In this document: positions 48,985 through 62,480 of the stretch, one piece after another
Layout of the letters: every line of letters starts with the position of its first letter
Numbering within the stretch: position 1 is the first letter of the stretch
NCBI RefSeq assembly: GCF_006345805.1
Contig: NC_043012.1
Span: 8,060,001 to 8,124,000, forward strand
Length of the DNA: 64,000 bases
Direction of reading: 5' to 3'
Source: Octopus sinensis
Taxonomy: Eukaryota
Position numbers and translations under genes: made by a program
The notes under the pieces: generated by a model
Seen by the model: only the letters and a program-made list of their open reading frames with translations
Database searches by the model: none
Told to the model about the DNA's origin: nothing

Positions 48985-49884
48985 TCCTCCTCCTCTTTTT
49001 CTTCTCTCTCTCTCCCTCTCTCGTGTGCGCATGTGCACATAAATCATGCTTTTGTATGAACAGTCACTTTCATTTATATTCAGCACACACAAACACACAC
49101 ACATTATTTATACGCATGACAAGCTTCTTCCAGTTTCCACCTACCAAATTCCACTCGCAAGGCATTGGTCGGCCCGGGGCTATAGCAGAAGACACTTGCC
49201 CAAGATGCCATGCAGTGGGACTGAACCCGGAACCATGTGGTTGGTTAGCAAGCTACTTACCACATAGCCACATATATATATATATATTGGTGTCACATAG
49301 AAAGCACCAGTGCTGGTACCATCATGTGGAAAGCAACCAGTACACTCTGTGAAGTGGGTGGCATTAGGAAGGGCATCTGGCTGTAGAAACCATGCCAAAA
49401 CAGACAACAGAGTCTGGTACCTCCCCCGGCCTTACCAGCTCCTGTCAAACTGTCCAACCCATGCCAGCATGAAAAACCGATGTTAAACGATGAGGATGAT
49501 GATGATGATGAAAGCAAAGACCTCAGTGGTGGCTGACCACTCGAGATCACTCAACAGGTCAACAAACTCAAGATCTGGATATTAAATTCCACAGTATTTC
49601 CTATCATGCATTTTACTGTGAAATAAGCAATATAGTAGTAGTAGTAGTAGTGGTGGTGGTGGTGGTGATAGTCATCACAGAAAACATCTTTTTATTGCCT
49701 CATAACTACAGACTCCTGCATGGTATTATAATTATAGGCTCCTCTGTAACAAGTTGCAATTTATTACATCACAAATTTGCCCCCCCGCCCAAGTGGTCTG
49801 GTTGGTTGCCTGCAGGCCACAATGGCCCTGAGAACTATGTCAGCAGAGCCTTCCACAATAGACATGCCAAAAGATATCTTTAAT

Positions 49885-50220
49885 TCTCTTGCTTGTTTCA
49901 GTCATTAGACTATGGCCATGCTGGGGCACTACCTTGAAGGATTTTTAGTCACTTGAATCAACCCCCAGTACTTATTCTATCGGTCTCTCTTGCTGAATGG
50001 CTAAGTTATGAGGGATGTAAACACACCAACACTGGTTGTCATGTGGTGGCAGGGTACAAACAGACACACACACACATACATACACAATGGACATCTTTCA
50101 GTTTCCATCTACCAAATCCACTCACAAGGCCTTGGTCAGCCTGGGGCTATAACAGAAGATACACAGTGGGACTGAAACTGGAACCATGTGGTTGGGTAGC
50201 AAGCTCTTACCACACAGTCA
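49885..50220 (-). mobile_element. SINE family A, diverged
   Basis: Reverse-complement similarity to family A. Confidence 0.75.
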
Positions 50221-50514
50221 CACCTTAAGGCCAGACTAATATAGGCCACTTCTTCCCAAAGGTAAAGTCGAGTGCACCTAGGGCTAAAGTGTTCCCTAGA
50301 AAAAAGTGAAGTTACAGACGCATCAGAGACAATTTTAAACCAACATGATCTGAAAGAGGAAAAACAGCCGAGAGTTGAGAAAGTGGAGAAAAGTGGATGG
50401 CCAAGTATAGGTTTCCTTATAATAAGTGGCTCTTTATCATATGTCATATCTATGGTGGCCAGAAAGAGAAAAGAAGCCTGTTGTCTATGTATGTACATAT
50501 GTCTATATGTTGTG

Positions 50515-50563
<49 letters not shown>

Positions 50564-52271
50564 CTATATGTATACATGCTGGTGGCATGTAAAAAAGCAC
50601 CAAGGACACTTTGTAAAGTGGTTGGCATTAGGAAGGGCATCTTGCCATAGAAATCATGTCAATACAGACGCTCAGAGCTTGGTGCAGCCCTCCGGCTTGC
50701 CAGCTCCTGTCTAACTGTCCAACCGATGCCAGCACAGAAAACAGACATTAAATGATGATGTTATATCTATATGCACACACACACACAACCTTGTCGTGAT
50801 ATCACTTGATAGTCATAAACGAGTATCACTGTCATGCAAGTGGAATCCTTCATTTGCAATCTTCCGTGTAAACATGTCCAGCCATAAGGAAATATTAACC
50901 ACTTGCGAAATGTGTGAGGGTTAGCAACAGGAAAGGCATCTGGCTGTAGAGAATATGAGCTTCAGTGAATTCTATGACTCATGTGAGCTAGGAAAAAGTG
51001 CATATTGAAAATGATGAAGAGGAAGAGGTGCCATATAAAATTGGTGCCATATAAAATACACCCATGCAAGTGCCACATAAAGAACACCCAGTCCACTTTG
51101 TGAAGTGGTTGGTGTTAGGAAATGCATCCAGCCATAGAAACCAACCCAAAACAGAACTAGAGCCTGGTGCAACTCTCTGGCTTGCCAGCACCTATCAAAC
51201 CATCCAACCCATGCCAGCATGGAGAATGGATGTTAAATAATGATGATGATGGTGATGATACAGACACACATTCATTTATGTTGTTAAGGTTACAGTTAAG
51301 AAAATGTAATGTTAATAAGCACCACATTTTCCTAACCATCTTTGCAAAGGAAATACTATTCCTGATAGTGAGTTGAAAAACAATGCATCAGAAATAATGA
51401 TGTGCTGTAAGATCCTAACCCACCACCACCACCACCACTACTGCCTCTGCCATCTCCATCATCACCACACTATTATGATCATAATCACTCCCACCCCCTC
51501 ACCATGTGATTATTGCTGTAATATAAAGAGATTTGAGATAAGAACACAGCTATATTAAACACAAGAAATAATTCCTGTTTCTTGAAATAAAACAAATCTC
51601 CCCTCCCGCTCTCTCTCTCCCTCCCTCCCTCCCTCACACTCTCTCTCCATGATAAGTAAGAATGAGTAGACTTATTGAACAGTGCTACCTCAGAAGCTCT
51701 TACAGCAGACTTGCGGCTCACTTCATTTCTCTAATTTTCACTACTTCAGCATCACAATCATTTTTTTTCTCCCCCTTCTTTATCTTTCATCTTTTAAAGA
51801 ACATATAATATTTGCAATCTCCACGTATTTTTTTTTCTCCTTTTCTTCTTTCATCTTCAAAAGCTTCTTCAAGAATTACCATATTTATCTTGTCACCCCC
51901 CCTTCCTTCTCTCACTTTCTCATTGCACATATTTCAATATTCTAGTTACCAAATATAGCAATTCTTTCACATTCTCTCTCTCTCTCTCCACCTGGAAATT
52001 GTAAACGATGATAGAATGAAATAGATTTAAAACGAGAGAGAATGTTGAGATTCCCAGAGCCGAGGGAGTAGAACAGACTTAATCAACAACACAAAGATGT
52101 TTTAACAACGTACTACAGAAACTAAGATAGATCGGCAAATCGACTGGTTGATTCTCCAAGATATCTTCACACAGATATCAACATAACCACAAAGGCAGCA
52201 CTTGTGGAAATCATATCAACACTTGGTGCAGTTTATCTTTGATATAAGGGGCGTACTGTTATTGTCTGTCA

Positions 52272-52592
52272 TATCATCATCATCGTTTAACGTCCGTTTT
52301 CCACGCTAGCACGGGTTAGACGGTTTGGCCGGGGTCTGAGAAGCCAGGGGCTGCACCAGGCTCCAGTTTGATCTGGCAGTGTTTCTACAGCTGGATGCCC
52401 TTCCGAACGCCAACCACTCCGTGAGTGTAGTGGATGCTTTTAATGTGCCACCGGCACGGAAGCCAGTCAAGGCGGTGCTGGCATTGGCCACGTTCGGATG
52501 GTGCTTTTTATGTGCCACCGGCACAGAAGCCAGTCGAGGCGGCGCTGGCATTGGCCACGTTCGGATGGTGCTTTTTATGTGCCACCGGCACA
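52272..52592 (-). mobile_element. Family-B copy with two to three 60-bp units
   Basis: (CAT)n CGTTTAACGTCCG core plus GTGCCACCGGCAC repeats. Confidence 0.85.
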
Positions 52593-53344
52593 ATGATATA
52601 GAAAACACAAGACTTATTGAGAGTAATGTATTAGGGTCTTAAAAAACGGTAAGCTCGCAGAATTGTTAGCATGCCAGGAAAAATGCTAAATGGCATTTCG
52701 TCTATCTTTACGTTCTAATTTCAAATTCCGCCAAAGTCAGCTTTGCCTTTCATCCTTTTGGGGTCGATAATGTAATAGCTAAGCACTGGGGTTGAGGTAA
52801 TTGACTTAACCCACTTCCATTAAATTGGTGGCCTTGTGTCAAAATTTGAAACCAATGTATTAGGGTTTTAACCCCACAAGCTTTAAGTTAACGCAACAGC
52901 TCCCAAACTTTGAAGCCCAGTGTCCCTTTCACTGAACGGCAAATGGTTTGGTACAATAAAGAAATAAATCCCAGCAGATTGTTTTAAATCAAATAGAAAA
53001 TAAATTTGTTCAGTGGTTTTATTATTTTTTCATTCTATCTTATCTAGAATGTGCCCCCATAATCATATACGTGCTTGGACTAGTGACCCCTATATCAAAT
53101 TATGAACCAGTGCTCTTATATTAAATATTTAGGTACGGCAAACCCCTATGTTGAATACTTAGGGAATAACTAGCACTCCGTCACTTATGATGACAAGGGT
53201 TCCCGTTGATCTGATCAATGGAAGAGCTTGCTTGTGAAATTAACGTGTAAATGGTTGAGCATTCCACAGACATATGTACCCTTAAAGTATTTCTCAGAGA
53301 TATTCAGCATGACACAGAGTGTGACAAGACATTACGATCATAAG

Positions 53345-53650
53345 CCGAGTACTTATTCTATAAGGTCTCTTTTGCCGAACCGCTAAGTTACGGGAACGTA
53401 AACACACCAGCATCGGTTGTCAAGCGATGTTGGGGGGACAAACACAGACACATAAACATATATATATATATGTATACATATACATATATACGATGGGCTT
53501 CTTTCAGTTTCCGTCTACCAAATCCACCCACAAGGCTTTAGTTTGGCCAAGGCTATAGTAGAAGGCACTTACCCAAGGTGACACGCAGTGGGACTGAACC
53601 TGGAACCATGTGGTTGGTAAGCAAGCTACTTACCACACAGCCACTCCTGC
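53345..53650 (-). mobile_element. SINE family A, 3'-truncated
   Basis: Reverse-complement similarity to family A. Confidence 0.8.
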
Positions 53651-54253
53651 CCTTGGTAATATTGAAAACATTTCTCTTTCTGGTCAATCTCTCATTACCT
53701 CCTTTAAGTTCCATTTAATGATGTAAGTGCTGCCTTTTTGGTAAATTTATTGGAAGGTGAGTAGAGCATCGAGAATGACTCTGGGGTGAATGGGCCAACC
53801 CCAGAAAACGTTGCTGTTCTTTTATTCAATTTGGACAAAGTTGTTTTCTGTGCTACTGTCTCCCCTCCTGGTTTGATTCCACAAACAGCTCCACTCGTTT
53901 TGTTAATTTATCCTCATAATGTCCTTTTGTCATTGCCCTTGTGGCAAATAAAAGAGATGATGATGATGAATGAATGTTGTTATTTTAAAGATCAACAGCC
54001 AACTTGATCATCAGGCAAGATGAAATTATTAATAACAAGCCTTGCTTTAATAAGATTATATGCAAGATGTGATAGAAGTGTTTTTTGAGAGGAAAAATAG
54101 ATGTGTGTGTGTGTGTGTGATAGCGCAGTATGTGTGTGAGTGTGAGATATGGAAAAGTGTGCTGTCTGTATAAGATGTAAGTAAATAGCATAAGCATGCG
54201 TGTGCGTGTGTGTGTAGAAAGGTGTGGGTATGCATGTGTGTGTGTGTGTGTGT

Positions 54254-54288
<35 letters not shown>

Positions 54289-54765
54289 ATTTTTTAACCA
54301 TAATTGATGTTTAGAAAAGCTATATTGACAAGTGTAGAGTTGTGATGGTTTGAAGAGCACTTATTGGTATGAGAGAGAGAGAGAGGAGGGAGAGGTGAAG
54401 ATGGCTCTACTTGTAATAGAATAAGTCTGTTCCACTGGCAAACCCTCACCAAAATATAAAAGAAAGCAAAATAAGATTGGGTTTTAATTAGCAGCACATT
54501 GTGTTGCCAAACTGGTAAGTAAATGAAGTTAGTTGCCAAGAACATGTTGTAGATACCATTCTGTGATGGAATTATGAAAACATCAAGCCTGACACTTATT
54601 TACATAGATTATCGGCTAAATAGCTCAACCAGGAACCAATTAGAGAGGGAGAGAGAGAAAGATGAACTGGTTATCTATCTACGTTGTTGATTGGTTGCAG
54701 AAGTAGAGGCCAGTCGGATCTTCAAGTCCAGTTTTGCGTGAGAGAAGGCAGAAAGGAGAATACTG

Positions 54766-54810
<45 letters not shown>

Positions 54811-55455
54811 AGAAAAAGAGAGATTGGTTTTAACATCAACAACAACTGCACATGTGATCAAGAAGCTGATGAAATATTCACAAGCAAACAGTAGCATCTG
54901 CAGCCTGGACAAATGCCTAGAACATATTTATTTCGAAAAAAAAAAAGAAACATTCCCCACTTTTGTTAAAGGAATTTCTGTAAGTGAATTCCAGAGATGA
55001 AGGTTTGTGGTGCAGAAACGATATGTCTATATCAATCAGCAGTAAGATACATTAGACTCATACACCGATATCTCACTCACTGACACCATTCAGTATGGGG
55101 AATGGTAAACTGTACCAATTCTGCTGGGACAGCTTTGAGAAAAGAAAGGAAGGAAGAAAAAAAAAGAAAGAAAAAAATCTCCTTTTACATTCTCTGAGGA
55201 GAAGATTCGAGTTGAGAATTAATACCGATGTATTTTTGAAATGGAAGAATTCGGTCCAGGTTTGTTGAATTATCAAGTGTATGTTTTGAATGCAGGAATC
55301 TCAAGTTGACCAGCAGGCAGAAGAGAGACTATTATTACATTTGTTATGTAATATTATTAGACGTGGTTATGAAATAGAACGGAATGAAAATTATGTGATT
55401 GGAGATTGGTAGAACAAGACCAGGTTCCCCCATAGAACATTCATTCAACAGATTG

Positions 55456-55824
55456 GATGGAAGCACTCCGTCGGTTACGACGACGAGGGTTCCGGTTGAT
55501 CCGAATCAACGGAACAGTCTGCTCGTGAAATTAACGGGTAAGTGGCTGAGCACTCCACAGACACTTGTACCCTTAACGTAGCTCTCGGGGATATTCAGCG
55601 TGACACAGAGAGTGACAAGGCCGGCCTTTGAAATACAGGTACAACAGAAACAGGAAGTAAGAGTGAGAGAAAGTTGTGGTGAAAGAGTACAGCAGGGATC
55701 ACCACCATCCCTGCCGGAGTCTCGTGGAGCTTTATAAACACTCACAACGCCCGGTCTGCGAATCGAAACCGCGATCCTATGACCGCGAGTCCGCTGCCCT
55801 AACCACTGGGCCATTGCGCCTCCA
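55456..55824 (-). mobile_element. Young tRNA-derived SINE family E
   Basis: A box TGGCCCAGTGG, B-box-like GTTTCGATTC, CpG-rich; 14-bp TSD CATTCAACAGATTG at 55442-55455 and 55825-55838. Confidence 0.85.
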
Positions 55825-55844
55825 CATTCAACAGATTGCATAAT

Positions 55845-56210
55845 CTTTTATTTGTTTCAGTCATTACACTGCGGCCATGCTGGAGCCCAGCCTTGAAGAA
55901 TTTTCATCAAAGAAATTGACCCCAGGACTTACTTTTTCTTTTGGAAGCCCGGTTCTTATTCTATCGGTCTCTTTTGCTGAGCCACTAAGTTACAGAGACA
56001 TAAACACGCTAACACCAGTTGTCAAGTGGTGGTAGGGGCAAATACGGACATACATACACAACAGGCTTCTTTCAGTTTCCGTCTACCAAATCCACTCACA
56101 AAGCCTTGATCAGCCTGAGGCTAAAGTTGAAGACACTTGCCCAAGGTGCCTTGCAGTGGGACTGAACTCAGAACCATGTGTTTAGGAGGCAAACTTCATA
56201 CCACACACTT
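55845..56210 (-). mobile_element. SINE family A, diverged
   Basis: Reverse-complement similarity to family A. Confidence 0.75.
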
Positions 56211-56556
56211 GCCAATGTGACGCGCGCGTGTGTGTATGAGATTTTAATTAATATACATATATATTACAAGACAAATGTGGAATGAAATAGTTTGACTAGA
56301 TAAGACAGAAGTGACTCAATGGAAATTACATAAGCTCTATTCTGATTGGCTGGTTGCCTATTTCATTTCTACTATAACAAGGGAGAAATCCTCTTTTTTT
56401 CCTATGCTTGCATGGGCCAGACGGAATTTGCTGAGGTATAGACTTTCTATGGTTGGATGCCTTTCCTGTCACCAAGCCTTGCTAATTTCCAAGTAAGGTA
56501 ATGTTTCCCTTGGGTGAAAAATGTTTTCATGGAAGATTGAAAATTAATACCACCAT

Positions 56557-56589
<33 letters not shown>

Positions 56590-56599
56590 GTTCCAATAA

Positions 56600-56945
56600 T
56601 GGTTCCGGGTTCAGTCCCACTGCGTGGCACCTTGGGCAAGTGTCTACTATAGCCTCGGGCCGACCAAAGCCTTGTGAGTGGATTTAGTAGATGGAAACTG
56701 AAAGAAGCCCGTCGTATATATGTATATATATATATATGTGTGTGTGTATATGTTTGTCCCCTCCAACATCGCTTGACAACCGATGCTGGTGTGTTTACGT
56801 CCTTGTAACTTAGCGGTTTGGCAAAAGAGGCCGATAGAATAAGTACTAGGCTTACAAAGAATAAGTTCTGGGGTCGATTTGCTCGACTAAAAAGGTGGTG
56901 CTCCAGCATGGCCACAGTCAAAAGACTGAAACCAGTAAAAGAGAG
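56600..56945 (+). mobile_element. SINE family A lacking the A-box end
   Basis: Begins at TGGTTCCGGGTTCAGTCCC; the rest matches family A. Confidence 0.8.
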
Positions 56946-57734
56946 GAGAAGAGAGAGAGAGAGTAATGCTCAAACCCCACATTGGCAACAATCAGTGATG
57001 TTTTCCAATGCCTTCATCTTAATATCGGTTCGAGATTTCTGCCAAGGCCAGTGTTGCCTTTCTTCCTTCCTTCCTTTCGGGGATTGATAAAATAAGTACC
57101 AGTTGCGCACTGGGGGTTGATGTAATCAACTAGCCCACTTGCATTAAGTTTCAGGCCTTGTGCCTATAGAAGAAAGGAATATTGGTCAGAGAAGAATGTA
57201 CGAAGTACAAAGTACACTACTCTCTTTCAGGGGGGTTCATAACTTCGATGGTTCCATTTTCCTCCCAAATTCTCTCCAAATTTAGCTTGGCCCTCAAAGA
57301 CACATTTCATGGATAAATGAGATAAACATATATAGTATTGGGTACACCATATGGAGTTCCTTTCTAAATGTTTGTTGATCATGTTGTTGGGTATGGGGTG
57401 GGGGAATTGTTTACTTCCTCCAATGGACAACAGTACAGTTTGCAACAAAAATAATTCTTTAGAACTGACTGCCCACCACCCCTCTTCTTCTCTTCCACCC
57501 CAACACCAGTTTTATCACTTGGTGTGGGAGAGAGGGAGTGTGCGTGTGTGTGTGTAGTAGTGCTATTATAGAGACAGAGAGTATAAGTGACCTTCAAAGA
57601 GAGAAAACAATGTTTAGTCAACTGGATCGGGCAAAGCTATGTCATTACATGATTGCTGGAGGAAGGAAGAAAGATTATTATCATCATCATCATCATTATT
57701 ATTATTATTATTATTATTACTATTATTATTATTC

Positions 57735-58380
57735 AGACAGCAAGCAGGCAGACTCGTTAGCACACCAGGCAAAATGCTAAGTGGTATTTCATTATCTCTA
57801 CATTCTGAATTCAAATTCTGCCTTTCATCCTTTTGGGGTCAGTAAAATCAGTACCAGTTGAATACTGGGGTTGATGTAATTGACTCATTCTCTTCCCACA
57901 AAAATTGCTGCCCTTGAGGCAAAATTTGAAACCAGTATTATTATTATTGTTATTATTATCATTAGGCAACAAGCTAGCAGAATCGTTAGCACGCTGGATG
58001 AAATGCTCAGCAGTATTTTACCCATTGCCTTTCATGCTTCCAGGGTCAATAAATTAAGTACCAGTTACATACTGGGGTCAATCTAACTGAGTGGCACTCT
58101 CCCCCTAAATTTCAGGCTTTGTGCCTATAGTAGAAAGGATTATTATTATTATTATTATTATTATTAAAGCAACAAGCTGGCAGAAATGTAAGCATGTTGG
58201 ATAAAAACATTTCTTCTGACACTTGACATTCCAAGTTCAAATCTTGCTAAGGTTACCTTGGCCATTGATCCTTCCAGGGTCAATAAAATAAAGTATCAGT
58301 CAAGTACTAGGGTCAATATAATTGACTAATTCCCTTCCCCCTAAATTTGCTGGCTTTCTACCAAAATTTGAAACTATTAA
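57735..58380 (+). mobile_element. Three tandem family-C SINEs separated by (ATT)n
   Basis: Repeated heads and bodies at about 57735, 57960 and 58165. Confidence 0.8.
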
Positions 58381-59590
58381 TATTTTCATCACCATCATCA
58401 TCATCACTAAACAATGATGGAAGAAAGGGATAATAATAATAATAATAATAATAATTATTATTATTATTAGTGCTACTACAACTACTAAACTGTCATGGAG
58501 ATAGTTTGTATTCATTGAAATATTATGGAAATTTCTTGTGGAGTTCATTATTTATACGATGTAAGACAAAAAAAATTATTCAAATAGAAAACAGAACAAA
58601 ACAAAAAAAAACCACATTGCTTTTGAATGTAATTGTTGAAGCGACAGACATCTTAGAAAGTTATCGATTTTCACCAATGATAAACACACAGAATTCACTG
58701 AGACAGTCTAGTTTGATGAGGAAACGTATGATTAGTGGAGCAGAAGACAACAGCGGACAATAGGAACTGGCAGAATTGTGAATATTTTGGTCTAATTACT
58801 GGAAGAAACATGGAAAAACACCTCAGCACAATGGCATCGTTTTATGTTTCATAGTAGAATGTTTGAATTTAAAGACTAAAATAAAGAGATTATGTATTCT
58901 AACACCAATCTGCTAACGCCCTCCACTTCTCCACACTAAACTCAGCAGATGAACAGTATTTCTGAGAATGGTTTGTTTCGATAAAAAATAAGAATACCAG
59001 ACTCTATGAAAGATAAAGGAATGGCAATAGTTTTGGATAGTTGAAAATGACTGAAGAGAGACAGACAGACAGAAGGAGGGAAAGAGAAAGGCAGAGAGAT
59101 AACAAGGTGCTTTAATGACAAAGAAAAATTGTGTCAGTTCATTCGAAAGATTTGAGATAAGAAGTGAATTTAAAGGGGAAACAATAAAATTTTGAGAAGT
59201 CACAGTTTTATGGTGATGTCATTTCTAAAGTTTAGCTGAGCATGGGAATCAAAACAGAGGCTGGACATCAAGCATGCAGGATGTACTTAATGTTAAAATA
59301 GCCATTAATACAACACAATTAGTATTCGGTTTTCTTAAAACTTAAATTTTCCCACAAACAAAAATGTTGTCGAATTTTTTTTCTTTCTTGTTTTCACTCG
59401 TTCAACTCTTGTTGAACAAATGGGAACTAAAGCAGGAAGAGGTCGTTTAAGTTAACATTTGGGGGCTAGAGTTGCTCCCAGCATGGTTTTAACTGTAATA
59501 GACAAAAAATAAAGAACAATATTGTTAACTTTTACGTAACATAGTTCCTAACTAAGGTCTTGGGTTGAGTCCCATTGCATGCTACTTTAA

Positions 59591-59809
59591 CCCTTTCGCA
59601 TTTAAACTGGCCATATCCAGCGCCAAATATTCTACTTGTTTTCTGTTAAAACCACCCGGATCTGACCTCTCCACAATCAATTTACAATGTCATTCTAAAA
59701 ATAAACAATTACATTGAAAACTGAAAGCTACAAGATAATGCATAATTAATTGAAAGCAACAGGAATAAATAAGCATTATATTTGATAGAGTAATCTGAAT
59801 GTTAATGAG
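59591..59809. mobile_element. piggyBac-type MITE inserted into a family-A SINE
   Basis: TTAA on both sides; SINE sequence (GCATGCTACT|...|GCAAATGTCTTCT) resumes after it. Confidence 0.75.
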
Positions 59810-59884
59810 TTAAGCAAATGTCTTCTCTTATAACCCCAGGCTGGCCAAAAGCCATGTGATCTGGTAGACAGAAACTAAAAGAAG

Positions 59885-60215
59885 TGAGCTGGCAGAAACG
59901 CTAGCACGCCAGGCGAAATGCTTGGTGGTATTTCATCTGCTATTACATTCAGAGTTCAAATTCCGCTGAGGTCGACTTTGCCTTTCATCCTTTCGGGGTC
60001 GATTAAATAAGTACCAGTTACGCACTGGGCTCGATATAATCGACTTAATCCGTTTGTCTGTCCTTGTTTGTCCTCTCTGTGTTTAGCCCCTTGTGGGTAG
60101 TAAAGAAATAGGTATTTTGTCTGCTATTACATTCTGAGTTCAAATTCCGCTGAGGTCGACTTTGCATTTCATCCTTTCGGGGGGATCGATTAAATAAGTA
60201 ACAGTTACACACTTG
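59885..60215 (+). mobile_element. Dimeric C2 SINE with the second unit truncated
   Basis: Junction GAAATAGGTATTTTGTCTGCTATTACATTCTGAGTTC. Confidence 0.8.
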
Positions 60216-60430
60216 CAAGAAAAGGACTCACCCACCAATCAAAGAACCAATTGCATGATGTTACTGCATGGCACCAACATTACTACCGAATGTGATTAAG
60301 GAGTGAAAGCTTGGAAGAAATGAGGTGAGCATAGTTCACGGGTTGTGAAATATTAGTATGAATGAAAGCAAATGAGACTAAATGAGTTAAAAGAATAAAC
60401 TGGGCAGGAATGAGATGCTACAGAGCTTAA

Positions 60431-60651
60431 CCCTTTAGCATTTAATCCGGCTATATCAGGCTTAAATATTCTACCTGTTCTATGTCTGAACTGGCCAGGT
60501 CTGGCCTCTTACACCTATCCTACAATGTCATTCTATAAACGAAAAAATCACATCATTGAAATTTCAAAGCTACAAGATAAGCCATGATTAATACAAAGCA
60601 ATGTCAATTAATAAGCATTACATTTGACAAAGGATTCTGAATGCTAACGGG
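60431..60651. mobile_element. piggyBac-type MITE
   Basis: TTAA|CCCTTTAGCATT...AATGCTAACGGG|TTAG. Confidence 0.8.
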
Positions 60652-61033
60652 TTAGAAAGACGAATGAATTGGTATGAGTATATGGTGTGTTTGGAGACTG
60701 AGGATTGGATGAAGAAGTGTCAGGAGGTGAAATACAAGTGGAAGGAAACAATGGAAGAGAAAAACAAAGGAGGAAAGGAGTGGAAATTGAATTCAGGAAA
60801 CTGAACACTTCACAAAGGAGATGGCAAAGAACAACAACAAGATTGTGAAACACTGTTCTTGAACAGATGAGATGATGATACCAACAGTTTCATTTATATA
60901 TGCATGTATGTATACATATATATATACATATTATATATGTATATATATATTCCTTGGGTTCACTTCATCTGTGTGAACACTCTTTGACAATGGACTTCCA
61001 AGGTATGTACATACATACATACATACATACATA

Positions 61034-61764
61034 CAGGATGGGGCTGAGAGGACGGACGTTTTTGAAATGGCTATTACTCAGCCCCAAAAGGAGGGACATA
61101 TGTCCAACAGGTACCATTTGGTCTGTGGTGTCTTAGCATTTTCTTTTCAGGTGAAACCACGGTGCTGTGGATGATAGAGCATTGTGTGTTTGCCTATGAC
61201 AGTTACATGAAGAATAACGAGTCTGTCACAGCAGTTCAACATGAGTTTCAGCGCCACTTCAACATACACCAAAACCAGGCTGTTCCCACCCATAATACAA
61301 TCTTATGTTAGGTGAATGCACTTCATACATGAGGTACAGTAATGGATAAGAGACCAGTGGGGGTGCCATGAATGGTAAGGGCCCCAGAAAATGTGGAATG
61401 TGTCAGACAAGCTTTGATATGGAGTCTGAATCACTCTGCTCAGAGGCATTGGTAATCAATCAGTTAGGTGTATTTTACATGAAGCCTGCATTTCCACCCA
61501 TACAAATTGGTCATTGGGCAACAGGTGAAACCACGGGACTATGCACAGAGCAATGTTGGAGAGAGAGGAGGCCAGCTTCCAAGAATGCCTTCAGAAATGC
61601 ATCAATGAAGACAGACACCACATGATTGATGTTGTTTTTCAAATTTGATTTCGACAAATGCTAATTCAATATGAACAAATTGATGCCAATAAAATTTGTT
61701 CGCAGCTAAAATTAATGATTTTTGTGTATTTTTCAAAAACATCCGTCCTCTCTGCCCCACCCTG
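61034..61764 (+). mobile_element. Internally deleted Tc1/mariner-superfamily element
   Basis: About 34-bp TIRs CAGG(A/G)TGGGGC(T/A)GAGAGGACGGA(C/T)GTTTTTGAAA; left flank TA; decayed transposase N-terminus EHCVFAYDSYMKNNESVTAVQHEFQRHFNIH...PENVECVRQALIWS (DUF4817-like HTH). Confidence 0.85.
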
Positions 61765-62085
61765 CACATACATAAATACAGGCAGGCAGGCAAATGGATA
61801 GATAGATAGATGCAGAGTATGACTGAATAATGAAGAAGTTCATTTCACAACCACAGGGCCTGGGTTCCACTGCACAACACGACAACTTGGGCAAGTGACA
61901 TTGTCACTGTGTGTGCGAAACCAGGTAGAGAGAAACTGCACAGAAGTTCATCAGGTAAGAAGGTACCTGTAATTCCAAGAGGTACAGCCTTGACATGCAC
62001 AGTAAATAACATTAAAGGGAGACATGTCTGAGGGATATTCAGCCACTTATGCATTCACTCAGGGGCAGGTAATTCAGTTGAGGAG

Positions 62086-62480
62086 GAGTGGCTGTGTAGT
62101 AAGTAGCTTGTTTACCAACCACATGGTTCCGGGTCCAGTCCCACTGCGTGGCACCTTGGGCAAGTGTCTTCTACTATAGCCTCGGGCTGACCAAAGCCTT
62201 GTGAGTGGATTTGGTAGACGGAAACTGAAAGAAGCCCGTCGTATATATGTATGTATATATATAGGTGCATGTGTGTGTTTGTGTGTCTGTGTTTGTCCCC
62301 CTAGCATTGCTTGACAACCGATGCTGCTGTGTTTATGTCCCCGTTACTTAGCGGTTCGGCAAAAGAGACTGATAGAATAAGTACTGGGCTTACAAAAGAA
62401 TAAGTCCTGGGGTCGAGTTGCTCGACTAAAGGCGGTGCTCCAGCATGGCCGCAGTCAAATGACTGAAACAAGTAAAAGAG
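62086..62480 (+). mobile_element. SINE family A, full length
   Basis: Same head, body and tail. Confidence 0.85.

Noticed and set aside
56558-56587. 30-nt poly(A) as a processed-pseudogene tail
   Set aside because: No upstream coding similarity and no TSD found; it lies between repeat fragments.
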